From the NCBI GenBank assembly GCA_964188305.1, contig OZ076885.1: a stretch of DNA of 64,000 bases. One strand, 5' to 3'. The position numbers and the translations under genes were made by a program. This document shows positions 58,724 through 64,000 of the stretch, piece after piece. This DNA comes from Podarcis bocagei. Lineage: Eukaryota. Below the pieces are notes generated by a model that worked only from the letters and a program-made list of their open reading frames with translations, did not search any database and was not told the DNA's origin. Numbering within the stretch: the first letter of the stretch is position 1; each line of letters opens with the position of its first letter.

Positions 58724-61700
58724 ATTTGGGCAGTTGCTTGCTTATACTAATTTGGCTTAGACCTTGCTGCAGCCAATTAAGTTTTCCAGCTGCCCGGGGA
58801 GTTTAAAGCCTGGAACAAAAATGAAACAAAAACAGAAAAAACCCAGTGAAGTTCAACTGTGAAAAGGAAACCATACCATGACACCTGCCCTTCATGTACT
58901 TCAAGAACTCTAAAAACAAAAATCCAATACAAAAGAAGGGGTGGAGGGAGAAAAGGATTAGCAGGAGAAGCCCATCTCAGCTACTGCCTCAGATAAACAG
59001 TTCTGGAGTTGCTTTTGGTTTTTTATAAACCAGCCACACTGTAATGTGTTAAGCACTGCCAATTAGTAAATTCTCTAAAATAAATTCTGTAGTCCTGTAG
59101 TCCTGAATAGGTCAAAACACTTTTACGTTTATGGGACGCTACAGACAAACAACCATTTCTGTCATTCACTCATTGTTTAACTAAATCTACCAGCGTATCC
59201 TCATCCACATAGCACAGGTAATAATATACTTTCAGAAATTGCCAGTTGAGCAATTTTCCATATAGTAGGCCAGAACATAGATTTACAGAATATAACGCTA
59301 GTTTTAACTGATAATTTTGCAAAAATTAGATGATCCATCAGTAGCTTCCTGCCAAAAGTGTCTTCTGGCACTAAAGATCAGCTGTCTTAAATGAGGCAAG
59401 GAAGAAACACTTGCATAAGACAGAGAAATGTGATCTCTTCTAGGCTAATACTTACAAATTAACAAAATCTGTGACATACAATTTTGAGTCTGGTAGTACT
59501 AAATTTTCGCTGCCCCTGAATAGTTGCGCAAGATTTTGCTTCTCATTTGAAAACTAAAACCTTATTTAGTAGGACAGTGGCATTTTCTCCTTTTGTAAAA
59601 AGTGAATTCCTTCTACTGGGTTTGTAACTCAGTAGTTTCTTTTTATTGCTATCTGCATTGATGTGGTACTGTCAAACTTCTATCCAACTCTGGAATATAG
59701 CAAGAACAATATTTTGTTCTTACATGTTCCTAAAATGCCTTACAAAAATGACAAAGGGACTAGATGCTCCAGATTCATTGAATTTTCTATGGTACCTTTG
59801 TGTGCATGTCAAACACCAGAGTTTTATCATATATTTATCATGCTCTATCTCTCGAGTCTGACATCCCCACCCCCATCAACCCATTCATGTGCTAGGCTCA
59901 TTCAGTGGCCCTTAATAGCATTTTCCTTAGTCTCCAGTGACCAATTCCCTAAAAGGGAAGAATTGTACAGGAAGAAAGTTCTTTTATGGTGACGGTAAAC
60001 AGGCATGGATAAATCTACTAGCCACTCACCATCTGGAGTCTGAAACAGTATTCCATCCTCTGGGTCAGTTAAAGCCACCAAGGTTCTCAGATGTTGTACC
60101 CTGGCAGTAAGAGGTTGGACATATCATCAGCGCAAATAAATAAAGTGGAGCTGAAATTTCATAGTACATTAATAGTACTTGCTGTTTGGGTAGGTGTGGC
60201 CTCTAGCCTTGTACTAACAATAATATCTGCAAATAATCCTCTCTTAAGGCTGGAAAGCAGAATCTTTGCATATTTTATATGGTCATAAAGACAGCTATTC
60301 AGGTAGTGGACTTCAATGTGCAACTTACATAGATGTGTAAGATGTGCAAGAACATTTAAATTGTCACATCAACTAAAATAAGCAACCCTGTTATCCAAAA
60401 GTCATGTGTGGTGTATCAGAAGAACAGAACCAAATCTAACTTACATTAATTTAACAGCCAATGGGCCAAATTTAAATGTCCCCAAACATATCTACATTAT
60501 GTGGATTCTGGTTGGTTTGTTTTGCCCCCTAAAGGGAGGTTTTGGCTGTTTCTTACTGGCAGTAAATAGAAAAATGAAAAAATAATTTCCAGAAAGAAAA
60601 GACTCACAGGTTCTTTGCAATGATCTGATTAGGATGCAATTCAAACAGGATGGCTTCTCTCAGAATAGACAAGTCCCCTTCAGAATCTTCCATACTATCT
60701 TGATCCCTGTTATTTGAACTGTGGGAAAGCCAAAATAAATAAATAAATAAATAAATAAACAGCTCCCCCGCACTCTAGCCTACAGAGAGTTATATGATAG
60801 AAGAAAAAGCTTCAGAAAATAAAGTCAAGAAAGTAACTTGTTACAAAGGAGGCAATTCCCGCCTCCCCAAGTCTCTCATCTCTAATCAACATGAGCTATG
60901 GAGAAATTACTTTTTCTCAATCCAAACATATCAGTCAGCCTGCCCTGAGCATTAGCAAACGACTTATAAATTTCAAGGGATGCAAAACAAGAGCAAGTTA
61001 AAACTATATTAACTGAGTTATTGTGAACAGGACCAAAGATGTTATAAGGCTGTTATGAGAAATCTGTAACTGCTTTGAACACTCCAAAGTGCAATATAAA
61101 TGCAAAATATCAGGGCTATTGATGTTTTCAGGTGCTTTCATCTAGAGTTGCTATGTCTCGCCCCAATACTTGGGTAGGAGAGGCTATAAAACCAAGGCAA
61201 GCGCAGACTCATGTGTGCAGCTCAGTCTTAGGGTGAGGGTAGAAACCCAGGGGAGGCTAAACTGAAAGAAATCTCTCCCACTTAGTGACCCAGTGAAATT
61301 GATGGGTAGTAGATTCAAAGAAGGCCAAAAAGAGAAATGCACATCTTTGTACAGAGAATAGTTAACTTACGAAATGTGCTGCCATAAAAAACAGAAAAAG
61401 GAAGTTGTCATACTGAGTCCATTGGTCCATATAAGCTCAGTACTGTCTACACTGACTGGCAGTAACTGTTCAGGATTTCAGACAGGGTTCTCTCCCAGCA
61501 CTACCAGGAGGTGTCAAGTGTTGAACCTGGGCCCTTCTGTATGAAAATGCAGGTGCTATTCCACTGAGCCAAAGCTCTGTATAGCAATCATCACTGATTT
61601 ATATCTTGGGTCTTCAAGCAGGAGCAGTCAGAACCCATGTCGAAGCCGCATCTAAGGTGGCTCACAATAGAATTATTACCACCACCCACATGTTTAAAAA

Positions 61701-62099
61701 GAGAATAGAACCGAGTCTCCAAATTCATTATTTGGCAAGTATGGTTTAAAATTATTGAACTTAGCTGGGATGGCAAAATGGACATGTCTAATCAGAGAAA
61801 AGAGGCCCTGTGGAACATGTGCACTCTGTATCCACAGGGCCTCTTTTAAAGGACTCACCCCGTATATGGCTGACAGATGAAGAATTGGGAGTTCTTTAGT
61901 TTCTTTAACTTTTAAAAAATCTTAGAATCCTTCTTCTATCTCTCTACTTCTTTCTTTCTCTCTCTTCCTTTTCCTCTGGATCTGTGATTTTATCTAGATT
62001 AACGTTGTAGTTTGGATTAAAAAAAGATATAATAATGTTTGCACCTCTCTTTTTAAATTCTAATAAAAAATTATCCAAAGAAAGAAAAGGCCGAAGACT

Positions 62100-63250
62100 G
62101 CTAGTTTACATGGCTTTCGGCGCAGAGCAAAGCAGTTCATCGAGGAAAATGACAATTAACCATAAACGGCCCTGTTCTCCAGAGGCCTCGTACCTCTGAC
62201 GACCAGGTTGGTTGGGTGGTGTGTAATGGTCACAGACGAGGGAACTGGGTTCGAATTCCCCCCCACTCGGTCACGGGGCTCCCCGGGTGACCTTGGGCCG
62301 CCCACTTCCTCTCCGGCCTAACCCACAGGGTTGTTGTGGGGGGTGAAATGAAAAGGCGCGTGTGGGGAAGGGTATAAATGCAACCAGGGAACAGATACAG
62401 GCCCATTAGCGAGTGGGGCTCCCCGTGGTCAGTTTGGGAAACAATATGATGGGTCTTCGGGGCCGTTAGACACCCCCACGCCAGTCCTCTCCCTCCCGCG
62501 TGGAATGAGCAGCACTTGCGATGGGGAAAGAAACAGCAGCGCGTCTCTCCCGCCCTCAAAACTCCTCCCCGCCGTCGACCTTCCTACCTCCGTCCCGCCA
62601 AACGCATCAACTTCTTCCCCCGGGAGCAGAGCCCACCTCCGTTTCTCCTCACCCGCGGCGCCGCTGTGCCTAATTCCAGCCACGGCCTGCCGTATTCCGC
62701 GCCGTCCTCCCTGCGCACGCCGGGACATGGAGTCTTTATCGCCTGGCGGGTCGCTGTAGAACCCTACGCTAGCCGCCCTCGGGTGAACTACATATCCCAG
62801 AAGGCATCTCGCCTAAAACGCGGCCCAGTGACTAGCCTCGTCCTCCTCGTAGCCTCCCTTCCCGATGCATTCTGGGAACTGTAGTGCTTTCTTTATTATT
62901 ATCGTCGTCGACTGGCGGCGGCGGGGAGAGGGGTATTTCTGGCGTGAAGTGGGCGCCTCCATGGTCCGTAGAGTTAGGAAAACATTAGAAGAGTTCTAAG
63001 GCTGCGGTCGTAATCCCGCTTGCTTCTGAGTTGGCGTCTCTGACAGTTGCAAGCTAGCAAGTTGAGCGGAGGGGGCAGGCACTTTTTGAGGAGGTGGGGG
63101 CTGGACGACTGAGCTGGACGTGCCTCTCATTGCTACCTGAGGGATATATTTGTTATCATTTGCAATTAGAAATCCAGGACTCAACACGAGCGATTTTGCA
63201 ATATCTGCCTGCGCATCCCACGTCGCAACTCTCGTGTCTGCTTGCATCTC
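62100..63250 (-). promoter_or_regulatory. TSSC4: CpG island / TSSC4 promoter and probable non-coding first exon (candidate minus-strand donor GAG|GTAGGA at 62588)
   Basis: Only extended CpG-dense non-transposon tract in the window, about 4 kb 5' of the TSSC4 coding exon. Confidence 0.75.
62787..62885. promoter_or_regulatory. Two inverted ZNF143/THAP11 (SBS, ACTACAnnTCCCAG) motifs
   Basis: ACTACATATCCCAGAAGGCA at 62787-62806 (+) and TGCATTCTGGGAACTGTAGT at 62866-62885 (reverse complement ACTACAGTTCCCAGAATGCA). Confidence 0.85.
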
Positions 63251-63380
63251 AATCACGTTTTCTTTGTTTGCTTATGCACACGATTTGCACACCTGCCCAA
63301 TAACTAACAATACGACTTAAAAGCCGTTAAGATTTCTTCCAGGCCAGGTAACGATTGCCGAGGTGTATATACCTGGTTTT

Positions 63381-63506
63381 CATGGGCGTAGCCAGGATTT
63401 TTGTTAAGGGGGCAAGCCTTTTGTGGGGGGCGGGGCGCAGAACCTCAGTTACCTATGCAGTTTTATTGATTTGGGAGGGGGAGCCCCCCCATTGGCTACG
63501 CCCATG
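63381..63506. mobile_element. hAT-type MITE
   Basis: TIR CATGGGCGTAGCCA; degenerate 8-bp TSD. Confidence 0.75.
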
Positions 63507-64000
63507 CAGGTATTCGACACTCCTCCCTCACACTTCCCCGGGTGCAGAAATCTTTGCAGAAGGTTGTACTGTATCGGCAAAGCTGTGTAGCATGGAAATG
63601 ATTTCACAGGAAACTTGTGCCATGTGTATGCTGAGCCCTTGAAGGCAATAAATTAAGTGTACTAATTACTATAATTAAACTAGATATAGAAAGCAACTCA
63701 CAGAGATGGGAAAGACTTTGATCGCATAACCTGACCTGTGCACCTGTTTAATTAGCTGCTCTCCTTTCTTATGATTATCTTTATACAAGACTTGGATTGG
63801 ATAGCCTTTCAAATAGATGACATCTTCAAACAGAGGCCTGCCCTCTGATGGCCCTCCCAATAGAAGAATGTCTTCTGTAAAGTAAAACACATGGCCACCA
63901 TATTTCCTATGTTCTGATGCAAATATTCAAGTGTTAAAAATGGGAGGGTTTGTACTCTACACTGTTTTAAACAGGGGGAGGGGAATCACACCCACATCAT

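Noticed and set aside
1-64000. CRISPR array, operon or prokaryotic defence system
   Set aside because: The window is intron-containing vertebrate DNA, and I found no regularly spaced identical repeats with unique spacers.

Overview
Vertebrate genomic DNA, not prokaryotic. The repeat set (Sauria-type SINE with ACCTTT tail, Squam3-like SINE, BovB tail, many hAT and Tc1/mariner MITEs) points to a squamate reptile, probably a lacertid lizard. Two genes lie tail-to-tail, as in the mammalian CD81-TSSC4-TRPM5-KCNQ1 block. (1) TRPM5 is on the + strand. I reconstructed by hand 23 phase-consistent exons matching human exons 1-23 (20265-52103), two extra in-frame upstream coding exons (19609-19743, 19894-19964) and an uncertain terminal exon; one intron is GC-AG. 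(2) TSSC4 is on the - strand, with a single coding exon (57689-58723) and a CpG-island promoter carrying two inverted ZNF143-type motifs near 62.8 kb. The rest is intron/intergenic sequence with transposons: a 5'-truncated L1-clade LINE with a 17-bp TSD, solo LTRs with 5-bp TSDs, MITEs, microsatellites and a 148-N gap. The most unusual object is a young 753-bp solo LTR in TRPM5 intron 11. It carries an intact 184-aa ORF with an Arg-rich, Rev/Rex-like C-terminal motif followed by a poly(A) signal, and a decayed LTR-like neighbour retains a similar RTQRRR motif. No database searches were run; family names rest on recalled sequence knowledge.
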